Positions 20,002 to 31,000 of a stretch of 61,117 nucleotides of DNA are shown in pieces. This stretch comes from Armatimonadota bacterium (GTDB lineage: Bacteria > Armatimonadota > UBA5829). The notes beneath the pieces are model-generated. The model saw only the letters and a list, made by a program, of their open reading frames with translations. It was not told where the DNA came from and did not search any database. Numbering within the stretch: position 1 is the first letter of the stretch; each line of letters opens with the position of its first letter. The stretch covers positions 1 to 61,117 of the forward strand of contig JAAYKE010000025.1 in the NCBI GenBank assembly GCA_012522575.1. Reading direction: 5' to 3'. The translations under genes and the position numbers were made by a program.

Positions 20002-21933
20002 TTACCAGCCTCCGCCGCCACCCCCTCCTCCGCCGCCTCCTGAGGAACCTCCGCTGGAAGAATCGCTGTCGGAACTGCCACTGCTGGAGCCGGGAGGATT
20101 GCTCGCCGATGCAATAGCCCCGGAAAATGAGCTGCCCAGAGACGACGCGAGGCCGGCATACCCTGCCGCGGTAAAATCGTGACCGTCATACCACTCAGGC
20201 TGATAGCCATCCAACTGGGCTTTCTTCAGCACATCCGCAAACTTCTCCGACCAGCGCTGTTCGACTCCAAGGGCAATGGCATAGGGCAGCAGGCTCTCGT
20301 AGAGTTCGGGAGTCTCATTAGGGGGATTGAGCATATTGAGCCGGTCTTGCTCGGCGATGGTCATATATTGCTTCAGGCCAAGAATCCTATCCATCAGTTC
20401 CCGGCCTTTCGGGGTATATGATTTCAGCAGTTTGTAGAAAATCATGTTGGCAAAGATCAGAATAAAGATCGCCACAACCATTGTGATTAAGGGGAATGTG
20501 GGGGGCACCAGCTTCATTACCCCGATCAGCACGGCAAAGAAAATCAACGCGATCAGGGTCTTGACGAGAGCCGAGAACTTTCTTCTTATGCCCTGTGCAT
20601 CAGACCAGCCGCCGATGGCATTTATAATGGTGATCGATGTGATGACGGTCAGCGTCGTCATCAGAACGGGCACGTGCTCCTGGCCGACGATAGTCCATAC
20701 CCTTGGATCGATCATAAATGCGCCCACTAACACCAGTGCGGAAAGAAATGTGCCGAAACAGGCGTGACCGCCGTTAGTGGAAAAATACTCCTTGCCGAAC
20801 CGAGACTCCAGCGCCTTCTTCATTTTCGATATCCCGGCCTGGAGCCGCATATAGTTATTCTGATTAAGCTCAATTGAACTTCTGTTGCCGAGAATGGCGT
20901 TGATTGCGTCGGCCTCTTCAGTTGTCAAAGCGGACTGATCGTCGCCTTTGCGCACCAGGGAATATTTCCGTTTCTTTTTGACTATGCTTATATATCCCTT
21001 AACGGCGATATTTATGATGGCGGCTGTCAGCGTTTTGTTGTCGAATCCCATTCGGCTGACAAAGCGCACCTCGGCGGGGCTGAGCGCATCCGGCGGGTCC
21101 CACTGGGGCACGATTGCTTTTTGCTCAGGATCAACGCCCACCTTAACATAGGCGAATAAAAAATAAGCCAGCACAACCAGCGTGCCGGCGATAAGGAGCA
21201 GAACCGCTCGCATATCCCTGAAAAACCACCTTAACTTCGCCGCTTTGGTCGGCTCATCGACGAAGCCCTTCGGCCAGGTCACAGATATGGTCATACCTTC
21301 TTGGGCTTTCAGAGGCTTGGTTGTCTGAAAAACCACTTTTCTGGCGCCTTCTGCTCGATGGCTTATGTCGCGCGCCGTTGAACCCTGCGCACCTGTCCAG
21401 CCCTGCATTTTCACATCAGCGATAGGCGCGCCCGGAGGCAGAGTCACCTCTGCAACCGCTTTATCTATGGAAAAAATCCACCCTGTGCCGACGGCGTTCC
21501 AATATAATTCGTCGTATTCTTTGAAAAATCCCAGTTGCCTGCTGGTGGTGTAAGTGATGGCGTAGGTGTGCTCCCCTTCCGGCACAACGGTTTTTTTGTC
21601 GCCAATATATATCCGCACGCCATTACTCATAGGCTTGGTGTGATATGGCTCCGGGGAGCCGTCGCGGGTGATTTTCTTGATAATGAAATCAATGACGAAG
21701 TTGTTGCCGTTCTTGTCTTTATATTTGGTGGGAAAATCGCGATATATGCCGTGTTTGATCTGTTTGTTTTCAGCTATCACCTTGATTGTCTCGGTGACGT
21801 ACATCGAGGCATCTTTATTTATGATGATGTCGCTTTTATAAGATGTTATGTGCTCATCTGCGCACGCAGAATTGATAATGCAGGCCGAAACCAGCAGCCC
21901 GAGAGCAATAATGGCAACCAAGCGCATTTTCAT
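20002..21933 (-). CDS. DUF2207 membrane protein
   Basis: Motifs HGIYRDFP, DELYWNAVG and YESLLPYAIALGV; Gly/Ser-rich tail ending GGGGW; follows lemA. Confidence 0.92.
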   Translation of the reverse strand: MKMRLVAIIALGLLVSACIINSACADEHITSYKSDIIINKDASMYVTETIKVIAENKQIKHGIYRDFPTKYKDKNGNNFVIDFIIKKITRDGSPEPYHTKPMSNGVRIYIGDKKTVVPEGEHTYAITYTTSRQLGFFKEYDELYWNAVGTGWIFSIDKAVAEVTLPPGAPIADVKMQGWTGAQGSTARDISHRAEGARKVVFQTTKPLKAQEGMTISVTWPKGFVDEPTKAAKLRWFFRDMRAVLLLIAGTLVVLAYFLFAYVKVGVDPEQKAIVPQWDPPDALSPAEVRFVSRMGFDNKTLTAAIINIAVKGYISIVKKKRKYSLVRKGDDQSALTTEEADAINAILGNRSSIELNQNNYMRLQAGISKMKKALESRFGKEYFSTNGGHACFGTFLSALVLVGAFMIDPRVWTIVGQEHVPVLMTTLTVITSITIINAIGGWSDAQGIRRKFSALVKTLIALIFFAVLIGVMKLVPPTFPLITMVVAIFILIFANMIFYKLLKSYTPKGRELMDRILGLKQYMTIAEQDRLNMLNPPNETPELYESLLPYAIALGVEQRWSEKFADVLKKAQLDGYQPEWYDGHDFTAAGYAGLASSLGSSFSGAIASASNPPGSSSGSSDSDSSSGGSSGGGGGGGGGGGW

Positions 21934-21942
21934 TCCACACCT

Positions 21943-22497
21943 CTAGTCAAACTTTGTATTGACGACCTCGCGTTGGGTAGCAAACTCAATTTCGAAATAA
22001 TCGGCACGTTTGAAGCCGAACGCTCGCGCGTAGATCATGCTTGGGAAAGACTCCACCCTGATATTATAATCCCTAACCACGGCATTATAGTAACGCCTGG
22101 CGTATTGTATCTGATCCTCGATCTCCGACAGGCTCCTTTGCAACTCAAGAAAGCCACTCTGAGCCTTGAGGTCCGGGTAGGCTTCTGCAATCGCGATCAG
22201 CGACTTAATCTGCCCGGAGATCATGTTCTCATATTCTCCTTTGGCAGCTACGCCCTCGGTTTTAATGCTCTTTGCGCGATTTTGAGAAATTTCTGCAAAT
22301 AATTTTTGCTCATGAGAGCTGTATGCCTTGACCGATTCGACCAGATTCGGGATGAGATCGTGGCGGCGCTTGAGTTGCACATCTATGCCGCTCCACGATT
22401 CCCTGATGAGATTTCTGCCTCTCACAAGGGCATTGTATCCCACTGCCAGCCATATCCCCAACAGAAGCAGTATTGCCAAAACTATGATTATAACCAT
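21943..22497 (-). CDS. lemA: LemA family protein
   Basis: Motifs WSGIDVQLKRRHDLIPNLV, AEAYPDLKA and ARRYYNAVV. Confidence 0.95.
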   Translation of the reverse strand: MVIIIVLAILLLLGIWLAVGYNALVRGRNLIRESWSGIDVQLKRRHDLIPNLVESVKAYSSHEQKLFAEISQNRAKSIKTEGVAAKGEYENMISGQIKSLIAIAEAYPDLKAQSGFLELQRSLSEIEDQIQYARRYYNAVVRDYNIRVESFPSMIYARAFGFKRADYFEIEFATQREVVNTKFD

Positions 22498-22500
22498 TGT

Positions 22501-22908
22501 CTATCTCAATTCATTAAACCAGAGCTTGATTTCCGCAGCAGCGGCCTCAGGGCTGTCGGAGCCGTGGATCAGGTTTTCCCGCATGCTGATGGTGAGGTCC
22601 CCGCGAATGGAGCCGGGCGCGGCGTTGAGGGGATTTGTCGCGCCCATCATTGTTCTGACAAGAGCGACGGCATCGTATCCTTCCACAACCATAGCAATCA
22701 CATAGCCCGATGTCATAAACTCGACGGTAGGCTCAAAGAAATCCTTGTCCTTGTGCGCCGCGTAGTGCTGCTCCATCAACTCTCGCGAAGGTCTGAGCAT
22801 CTTCATCGCGCTGATAACAAAATTGCGCTTTTCGATGCGGCTGATGATCTCCCCTGCCAGCTTCCTGCGCACCGCATCGGGTTTTATTAAAACGAGCGTT
22901 CGTTGCAT
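22501..22908 (-). CDS. ndk: Nucleoside diphosphate kinase
   Basis: RTLVLIKPDAV, GATNP, PGSIRGD and NLIHGSDS (phospho-His). Confidence 0.97.
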   Translation of the reverse strand: MQRTLVLIKPDAVRRKLAGEIISRIEKRNFVISAMKMLRPSRELMEQHYAAHKDKDFFEPTVEFMTSGYVIAMVVEGYDAVALVRTMMGATNPLNAAPGSIRGDLTISMRENLIHGSDSPEAAAAEIKLWFNELR

Positions 22909-22990
22909 AGCGACTCCAGTTTATATATGTTTTGAAGAATATACCAGAGTAGCGCGTTTTTAAGCAAGTTTAAGGAGACTTTGTGACGTT

Positions 22991-23140
22991 GCGATACAAG
23001 CTCGAACTTCGGACATCTGACCTCGGACATCGAAAAAAGCAGATTTCTTCGTTCGAAATGACAAAAGCGGCGCAATCCCATTCCCAACCTCTAACCTCTA
23101 ACTTCTAACCTCCAGACCGACCTCGGACATCGAAAAAAGC
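22991..23140 (+). repeat. Modular intergenic repeat element, copy 3 (B + C + inverted arm A + partial B)
   Basis: GCTCGAACTTCGGACATCTGACCTCGGACATCGAAAAAAGCAGATTTC, then CCAACCTCTAACCTCTAACTTCTAACCTCCAGACC. Confidence 0.9.
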
Positions 23141-23142
23141 AA

Positions 23143-23168
23143 CAGGGGCGATTCGAAAACCGCCCCTG
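23143..23168 (-). terminator. Probable intrinsic terminator of the first GHL10 gene
   Basis: CAGGGGCG-N10-CGCCCCTG followed on the minus strand by TTGCTTTTTT. Confidence 0.65.
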
Positions 23169-23190
23169 CATTTAGAGTCTGATGTTTGTA

Positions 23191-26100
23191 TCAGAGCGGG
23201 ATAATGCCGGTCGAAAGAACCACCGGGTAAATGGAGCCTCCCACGCTTTCGGCGGAGATCACCCCGGTTACAATCACCGGCGTTCCAACTGTCGGCACAA
23301 CAGAGCTTCTCACTTTAATGCCGGCATTTCCGAGGCTGTCGGTGATGTTGCTGCCGTCGTTGAGCACAAATCCACCCGTTATCGCCTTGCTGACCTTGCC
23401 TGCCATTCTGACAAACAGGCCAATGTTGTGGACTCCTACGCCTCCTGTGACTCCCGGAGTAGCAGCGTTGAACGCAATGCCGCCGGCGTTACCCGTGGTC
23501 ATAAACAGAGGCTGAAGAGCCGCGCCGACGATCGGGCTGGTTACCATAGGACTCAGTATGACGCGCTCACAGCCGCCCACAATTCCAAGGATGCCCATCA
23601 CCGTCACTTTCTGGCCGACCTGGGCCGTTGTGGTTCCCTGAACGCGAATGCCGGCGATCCTGTTCGGCTCTGATACGTAGAACCGGTCGGAGAATATGGC
23701 GGTTATTATCTTATCGGTGACTGCCACCGCCTGACCGTTGGCGAAACTCCTGGCATGCTGGATATTGACAGTCGGTCGAGCGATTCTGATCGCCGCCGAA
23801 CTCATAGCAGCGGACGTCCTGCCCATTCCATCGGCGGCTCGAACGGTGATGTAATAGGTCCCGTTATATGCCAGCGACACGCCGGTGATGTTTGCGGACG
23901 TGGCAGACCCGGCGCTCGTCCAACCCTTCACATTGGTTCCGCCGGACGTTGTGCCGACGGCATATTCGTAGTTGACGATGCCCGTCCCGCCGTCTGTGCC
24001 GCTCCATGTCCCCTGCAGACTGGTAGTCGAGGTCGAATACGGATCAGCCGACACGCTGTTCATAACAGGTGCGGAGTTGTCGACTACTATTGCCGCGCTC
24101 GGCCCGGCCCCGGCAGCGAAATTGCCCGCGTTGTCCCTGGCGGTTCCGGCGGGGACCGATATGCTCAGAGTCCCATCCCCGGTAATACCGGAGACCGTCA
24201 CGGTGCGCATGGTAGATCCGGAGCCTGTGACTGCAACCGTGCCATTTGCCGTCCCGGTTTTATTGAGCGTTATGTCGGAACTTGTCAAAGTTACCGTGTT
24301 CGCTGAACCGTAGACTATTAGATAGGTGACCGGCCCGGCAGTAGTCGGCGTTGCGGATGGCGCGCCAATGACGACGACCGGAGGGGTATTGTCCACGCTA
24401 AATGTAGCGCTTGGCCCGCACGCAGGCGCGCTTCCTCCCCCTGTTCCGGTGGCGGTTCCTGCAGCTATCGATATGCCAAGGGTTCCGTCCCCTGTAATGT
24501 TATTTATCGTCACGGTGCGGGTGGTGTTGCCTGTCCCGCTGACGCTTATCGCGCCGTTCGCAGTGCCGGTTTTATTTAGAGTCACATTTGCGCTTGCAAG
24601 TGTTATCGAGCTTGCTCCGGAATATGTGACCGTGTAAGTGACCGGCCCTGTGTTAGTCAATGTCATGGATGGCGATCCAATGGAAACATCCAAAGGCGAA
24701 TTGTTGACAGATACCGTCGCGCTCGGCCCTGCAGCAGGAGCAGTGTTGCCGACGGCGTCAGCGGCAGTGCCCGCGGCTAATGAAATACTCAGGGTTCCAT
24801 CGCCGGTGATCGAGGAAATCGTAACGGTCCTCGTGGTTGTGCCGGAGCCGGACACGCTGACCGTGCCGTTTGCAGCGCCCGTCTTATTAAGCGTGACGTT
24901 AGCTGCGGAGAGGCTGACCGTGCTGGCCCCGCCGTAGGTTATTGTGTAGCTAACAGGCCCTGAAGCCGTCGAAGTCGGAGATGGGCTGCCTATTGTGACG
25001 GTCGGCGGAGTGTTATCGACAGTAAACGTCCCGCTCGGCCCTGCCGCTGCTGCGAAGTTTGCGGCGTTGTCGCTCGCAGTACCTGCGGCGATCGATATGC
25101 CAAGGGTTCCGTTACCCGTGATGTTGCTTATCGTAACGGTGCGGGTGATGTTGCCGGAACCCGATACGCTGACCGTGCCGTTGGCTGTGCCGGTTTTGTT
25201 GAGAGTGACATTGGCTGCGATCAGTGTTACGTTGTCGGCTCCGTCGTAGGTGACGGCGTAGGTCACCGGGCCGTTTCGTGTGATTGAAGCAGACGGCGCG
25301 CCGATCGATATTTCGGGAGGAGTCAGATCAAGCGGCCCTTTGTAGACCCATTTAGCCGCATCCGCACTGACAACCACGCCTGAGCCGGAGCCTAGCGTGG
25401 ACAGTTCCACATAGCCCGAAGTCCCCGCCTCAAATGGCAGGTTTGCCCCGAGCAGATAATATGCGCCGCCGGTGGATCCATTCTGATTTTGCGTAGAAGT
25501 CTGCTGCCCGCCGAAGTGTTTGACTATATAATTAGCGGTGCTGGTTCGGTTGGAGCCGGTCTGATAGTATGCATATACATCATAGTAGCCCGAAGCAGAA
25601 AGGTTCGGCGTCCAGCGGCATCTTCGCGTGGTCGATGTATCGGTCGTTGACGCCTCTCCTGATGCCCACAGGTAGTTACTGCCGACCATAGGAACTGACG
25701 AGCCGCCAACTGTCCATTGATTAGAGCCAGGCGAAATGTTCGTCCAGCCAGGGTCCGTGTTGTCAATCACGATTTCTGTGAGTGTCGGGGTTGTGCTGAA
25801 CGTGAAGTCCGCAGACGACGTGCTGCCATAAGCGTTAGATGAAGAACACTTGAAGTGATATTCCTTGTTGGCAGCAAGCCCGCTGAGTGCGACGCTGTGA
25901 CTCGTTACGTACGGCGTATTGGAAGCAACTCCGCCATACGCCGTTGTCAGCCCATAGTTCACAGCGCTGTTGGCGGCGGCATTGGTTGTCCAGGTTATAG
26001 TGGCCGTATTTGCGCCGATATTAGTAGCCTGAACATTGGATATGGTAGGCGGGCCGCTGGTGGTGAATGTATAATCACCGGAGGTTCTTGTGCCGTTGGA

Positions 26101-27840
26101 GTTGGTCGACTTGACTCGATAATGATACAGTGTCAACGGACTCAGCCCGGTAATCGTCTGTGAATGCGATGTGACCAGGCTGGAATTGAGCGGAGTCGAT
26201 GACCCGTAGCTCGTCGAAACGCCGTAGTCTATCTGCGTGGTCGAAGGCTGATCAGTGGTCCAGGTGATGGTAACGGAATTGTTGGTCGGCGTCGAAGCCT
26301 GCACGTTGCTGATAGTAGGCGGCGGTAGCGCTCCGGCGGCAAAATTGGTGACATACATATTGCCGGTGACGCTGCCGAGTTGCACATTCACTGACTTAAC
26401 CACGTCGGCGTATCCGGGTACGCTGGCCGTGACGGTATATGTGCCGGGAGTCAGGTTCATAAAAGCATAAAACCCAGTGCCGTCGCAGCGCATCGACTTG
26501 CTGGCAGGACCAGAGATCGACACCGTCGCGCCATAAGCTCCATCACACCAGGCTCCGGTGGCGCCGATCGTTACGCTGCCACTGATATGCCCCTTTGTGG
26601 GAGATGTTTTCCACGACATTGACGGAATATTGGCTGTCGTAGGCGTTACCTGAGAAACAAGACTCGAAGAGAAGTCAGCCCACGTTCCGCCCGCATAAGG
26701 TTCGTAGTAACAGTAACCACAGAAGCCCTGCATATAGTTGCCCGAAGCGGATGCCGTGCGTGAGGCCAGAAGCTGGCTTATGGCATTTGCTTTTGTATTA
26801 AGATAAATGCCAGGCCCGTTGATCATATGGCGACCGTGTTTGCGATCCTTTTGATAATTTAGCCAGTTGGCATAGTGGGTGGGGTAGGTGTTTTGATTGA
26901 AATAATTCATCGGGACGATCATGTCCACGATGCCCTCCTCGAGCCAGGAATCCCAGTCCGAATAATATGTGACATAAGGTGGCGTAGATTGGAATGCCGA
27001 TCTGGTTGACGAAGTTGGGGAAGGCACGCTGGTCATTACAGAAGCTGAGTGTTTGATGTCAGGTTTCACCGCCAGCATCTTGGCGTAGGTTTTTCTTACG
27101 ACAGAAGTAATTTGATCCCGACGCCATTGTTGGAAATTGGAGTTGTTATAGACAGGTTGCCCGGATGCGTTATAGCGAGCGTTGTAACGAGCGATACTCG
27201 TTGGGTTGTAGCCATCGTTGGCGTTGACAAATCGAATGTAGTCCCAATGAATCCCGTCGATGTCGAAATTGTTGACCAGATCCATTGCGACGTTGACTGT
27301 ATAATCCATCGCCTTCGGATGGCCCGGATCAAATGAATAATATTCGTTTTCGGCCCCGGAGTTGTTGCGTGTCGGCCAGTAGTTGTCCGGATTCGACGCA
27401 CTGCTGTGCGCTTCATAGACCTCATTGGCCCCGGTGTTGAATGCGACGATCCACGCATGGACCTCTATGCGTTTCTTGCCACCCGTAGTATCGTGCGCCG
27501 CGTTGATTACCGCCTGCAAAGCGTTGAAGTTTGACGGAGTGAGCGCCCATTTGAAGTAAGGCTCGCCAAGACCCGAAGGATAACAGACATCGGCATGCCT
27601 TCGCACCTCGATGAAAACTGCATTCAGGTTCGCGTTACGGATATCGCCCTTGCTGGACGCGTTTCCCACTACGCCAAGCAGTTGGTTGACCTCGGCCTGG
27701 TTCAAATAACCGGCATGCCACCCGTCAACCCACACACCACGAAGTTCGTCGGCAGAAATCGAGCCTGCGATCCCGCACAACAAAGCTGCAACCAATGATA
27801 CAAGGCTCAAAAAAGCCCACAGCCTGTTTCGCATAATCAA
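23191..27840 (-). CDS. Large secreted GHL10 (DUF187/YddW-DigH-like) glycoside hydrolase with FN3-like, golvesin-like and Ig-like repeats and a C-terminal module (paralogue A)
   Basis: Signal peptide; ELRGVWVD, IEVHAW, FDPGHP, DIDGIHWDYIRF; 2 FN3-like repeats; EIVIDNTD...ADAAKW; 4 repeats of about 100 aa; TTG start with GGAGG SD. Confidence 0.88.
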   Translation of the reverse strand: MIMRNRLWAFLSLVSLVAALLCGIAGSISADELRGVWVDGWHAGYLNQAEVNQLLGVVGNASSKGDIRNANLNAVFIEVRRHADVCYPSGLGEPYFKWALTPSNFNALQAVINAAHDTTGGKKRIEVHAWIVAFNTGANEVYEAHSSASNPDNYWPTRNNSGAENEYYSFDPGHPKAMDYTVNVAMDLVNNFDIDGIHWDYIRFVNANDGYNPTSIARYNARYNASGQPVYNNSNFQQWRRDQITSVVRKTYAKMLAVKPDIKHSASVMTSVPSPTSSTRSAFQSTPPYVTYYSDWDSWLEEGIVDMIVPMNYFNQNTYPTHYANWLNYQKDRKHGRHMINGPGIYLNTKANAISQLLASRTASASGNYMQGFCGYCYYEPYAGGTWADFSSSLVSQVTPTTANIPSMSWKTSPTKGHISGSVTIGATGAWCDGAYGATVSISGPASKSMRCDGTGFYAFMNLTPGTYTVTASVPGYADVVKSVNVQLGSVTGNMYVTNFAAGALPPPTISNVQASTPTNNSVTITWTTDQPSTTQIDYGVSTSYGSSTPLNSSLVTSHSQTITGLSPLTLYHYRVKSTNSNGTRTSGDYTFTTSGPPTISNVQATNIGANTATITWTTNAAANSAVNYGLTTAYGGVASNTPYVTSHSVALSGLAANKEYHFKCSSSNAYGSTSSADFTFSTTPTLTEIVIDNTDPGWTNISPGSNQWTVGGSSVPMVGSNYLWASGEASTTDTSTTRRCRWTPNLSASGYYDVYAYYQTGSNRTSTANYIVKHFGGQQTSTQNQNGSTGGAYYLLGANLPFEAGTSGYVELSTLGSGSGVVVSADAAKWVYKGPLDLTPPEISIGAPSASITRNGPVTYAVTYDGADNVTLIAANVTLNKTGTANGTVSVSGSGNITRTVTISNITGNGTLGISIAAGTASDNAANFAAAAGPSGTFTVDNTPPTVTIGSPSPTSTASGPVSYTITYGGASTVSLSAANVTLNKTGAANGTVSVSGSGTTTRTVTISSITGDGTLSISLAAGTAADAVGNTAPAAGPSATVSVNNSPLDVSIGSPSMTLTNTGPVTYTVTYSGASSITLASANVTLNKTGTANGAISVSGTGNTTRTVTINNITGDGTLGISIAAGTATGTGGGSAPACGPSATFSVDNTPPVVVIGAPSATPTTAGPVTYLIVYGSANTVTLTSSDITLNKTGTANGTVAVTGSGSTMRTVTVSGITGDGTLSISVPAGTARDNAGNFAAGAGPSAAIVVDNSAPVMNSVSADPYSTSTTSLQGTWSGTDGGTGIVNYEYAVGTTSGGTNVKGWTSAGSATSANITGVSLAYNGTYYITVRAADGMGRTSAAMSSAAIRIARPTVNIQHARSFANGQAVAVTDKIITAIFSDRFYVSEPNRIAGIRVQGTTTAQVGQKVTVMGILGIVGGCERVILSPMVTSPIVGAALQPLFMTTGNAGGIAFNAATPGVTGGVGVHNIGLFVRMAGKVSKAITGGFVLNDGSNITDSLGNAGIKVRSSVVPTVGTPVIVTGVISAESVGGSIYPVVLSTGIIPL

Positions 27841-27958
27841 CGGCGCATCCTCCTTGTTTCAGACAGATATTCGCTGCCTGATCACTCCTAAATACAGGGT
27901 TTCCATATATATCGAACATGCCTGCAAACATATTACATTTGCAGGCCGGTTGAGTTAC

Positions 27959-27992
27959 AAAAACGGGCAGCGTTTTCACACTGCCCGTTTTT
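27959..27992. terminator. Intrinsic terminator between the two GHL10 genes
   Basis: AAAAACGGGCAG-N10-CTGCCCGTTTTT, just downstream of the paralogue B stop. Confidence 0.85.
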
Positions 27993-28002
27993 TTGGAGTT
28001 TT

Positions 28003-31000
28003 CTACAAATCGATCACACTCGTAGAGAGAATGACCGGGTAGACCTTTCCGTCCACAGTCTCACAGGAGACTATGCCGGTTACAATCGCGTGCGTCGCGC
28101 CTCCCGAACTATAACCTGTCCAGACCTTGATGCCGGAGGCTCCGTTGCAATCGAAAAGCCCGCTTCCGTCATCGAGAGTAAGTCCGTCCGGGTTGATCGT
28201 GGTCACTTTGCCCGCGATTCGCACCAGCATACCGAGGTTGTTCAATCCAACGCCATCGGTGATGCCCGGAGTTAGAACGTTGAATGCCGATCCTCCGATC
28301 GACTTGCCGGTCATAAGCCACGGCGCAATCAGCGTACCCGGAGCGTTGTCTGCGACAATCGCATCGAGGATTGCACGCTCGCCCGTCTCTGCGATGCCCA
28401 CAATTCCGAGCACCCTGACGTTGCCGCCAACCTCAACTTCGTCCTCGGATTCTACTCGAATGCCGGAGGTGCGGTTCGGCTGGGCAATATAGAACATATC
28501 CGCGAATTTCGCGCTGACCGGCAGCATCGGCAGAGCTACCACGTCGCCGTCGGCCAGACCCTTTGCCTCTTGAATGCTGGCGACCTCTTTGGCGACTCGG
28601 ACACCCGCAGATGTCATCACATCGGAGATCAGCCCGACATTGTCAATCGCACGAGCGGAGATGAAGTATGTATCGGCAAGATTGAGATTCAGTCCGCCGA
28701 TTGTATCAGTCGTGGCCTCACCGGCGCTTGTCCAGTCTTTGACCTGGGTTCCGCCGGCAGTAGTGCCTATGGCATATTCGTAGCCCGCTATGCCGGAGCC
28801 GCTGTCAACAGCGTTCCACCAGCCCTTGAGGCTCGTAGTCGATGTGGTGTATTTCTCATCGGCTACGCTATCCATCTCCGGAACAGTGTTGTCCACCGTA
28901 AATGTAGCGGATGGCCCGGCAGCGGCGGCGCTGTTGTTGGCAACGTCAGTAGCAGTGCCCGCGGCGATCGATATGCCGAGGGTTCCGTCGCCGGTGATAT
29001 TGGACAGCGTCACCGTGCGGGTTGTCGTTCCTGATCCGGAAATCGCAACGTCCGCATCGACATTGCCGTCCTTATCCAGGCTGACGTTCCCGCTCGCAAG
29101 CGTGATGCTGCTTGCACCGTCATAAGTCAACGTGTAAGTGATCGGGCCAACGCTGGCAGCATCTGCCGACGGCGCGCTGATCAACACGGTCGGAGGGTTA
29201 TTATCGACGATGAACATCGCGCTCGGTCCCGCTGCCGGAGCAGGGTTGCCGGCTATGTCGGTCGCGGTTCCCGCAACTATTGAGATGCCGAGGGTTCCGC
29301 TGCCCTTGATGTCCGAGATAGTTACAGTTCGGCTGTCGTTGCCGGTTCCGGATACTGTTACAGTTCCTCTGGCAGTGCCGGTGTTGACCTTGATGACGTC
29401 ATCGTCGCTGAGAGTGATCCCGGATATGCCGTTGTTATCGAAGTAGTTAACCGTGAATGTGACCGGGCCGCTATTGGTCGCGCTCACCGACGGCTGACTG
29501 ATCGACACGGTCGGCGGTATCAAATCGAGCGGCGCTTTATAGACCCATCTCGCAGCATCTGCGCTGACGAAAGCGCTGTCGCTGGACTTGTTGGTAAGCT
29601 CCAGATAGCCGGTTGTACCCGCCACAAATGGCTTATTCTCAGCGATCAGGAACCAGTCGCCCTGGTTTGCTACAGCCGCTTTCTGATCCTGCGGGCTGTC
29701 GATTTGTCCGCCATGATAGTGCAGAGTATATGTGACGTCAGGGTTTCGGTTTGTTCCCTTCTGATAGAACGCATACACATCATACAGACCAGGATCAACA
29801 AGGTCCGGAGTCCATGTGCACTTGCGCGTTGCGGTTTCTTCGCCCTTATAGTAGAGGTAGTCTGTTCCGATCTTCGGAACTTCCGCCACACTGCCGACGT
29901 TCCAAGAGCCGCTTCCGGTGTTCGCCCATCCCGGATCGAGGTTGTCGATGACATACTCACTTACCGGCGACTTTGTGGCAAAGGTATAATCCACCGAGGT
30001 CGCAGTGCCGTATGCGTTTACGGAAATGCACTGATAGTGATATGTCGTGCTTGCCGTCAGTCCGGTCAGAGTAATGGTATGCTGTGTAACCTCCGTCTGG
30101 CTTACTCCCTGGCCGCCATACGCCGTGGTCAGACCATACTTGACTTTGCTGTCGGACGGATGGTTTGTTTTCCAGGTTACGGTAGCTGTAGTCGATGTCG
30201 TATCCGCCTGCACGTCGCTGATAGTCGGCTTATCAAGCGTGGTGAACGTGTAGTCCGCCGAAGTCGACATTCCATTGGCGTTGCCGGATTTGACCCTGTA
30301 GTGATACAGCGTGTTGGGAGTCAGGCCGCTCAACGATGCGGAGTGCGACTTAATATTGGCGGGATCGAGAGTGCTCGACGAACCATAGCTCGTCGTAGCG
30401 CCGTACTCGACCTGCGTAGATGCTTCCTGGTTTGTTATCCAGGTGATAGTCGCGGCAACATTGGTAAGATTCCCTGCAGTGACGTTTGATATCACCGGCA
30501 GGGTGTTTGTTGTAAACGTATAATCGTTTGAAATCGACAAGCCACCATCGTTTTCTGATTTCACCCGGAAGTGATACAGCGTGCCCGGGGAAAGACCGGT
30601 GATGTCGACTGAGTGAGACATAACCTTAGCTGTCTTCTTTGGAGTCGACGAACCATAGGCTGTGCTTGTGCCGTATTCGACCTGAGAAGTAGACGACTCA
30701 TTGGTCGTCCAGGTCACAGTAGCCGATGTCGCCAGTATGTTCGTCGTCTGGACGTTGCTGATTACCACCGAGCCGTTTGTCGCAAAGGTGAAATCTGCCG
30801 ATGTGGTCGAGCCGTTGGCATTGGCAGAAGTTACCTTGTAGTGATATGTCGTGCCAGACTGCAAACCGGTAAGGTTGATTGAGTGTGAATTGACCAAAGC
30901 CGAATTCTGCTGAGAGAGACCGTAGCTTGTGGTCTTACCATAATCAACTTTAGATGAAGCCGACTGGTTTGTGGTCCAGGTTATCGTAGCCGAGTCTGAA

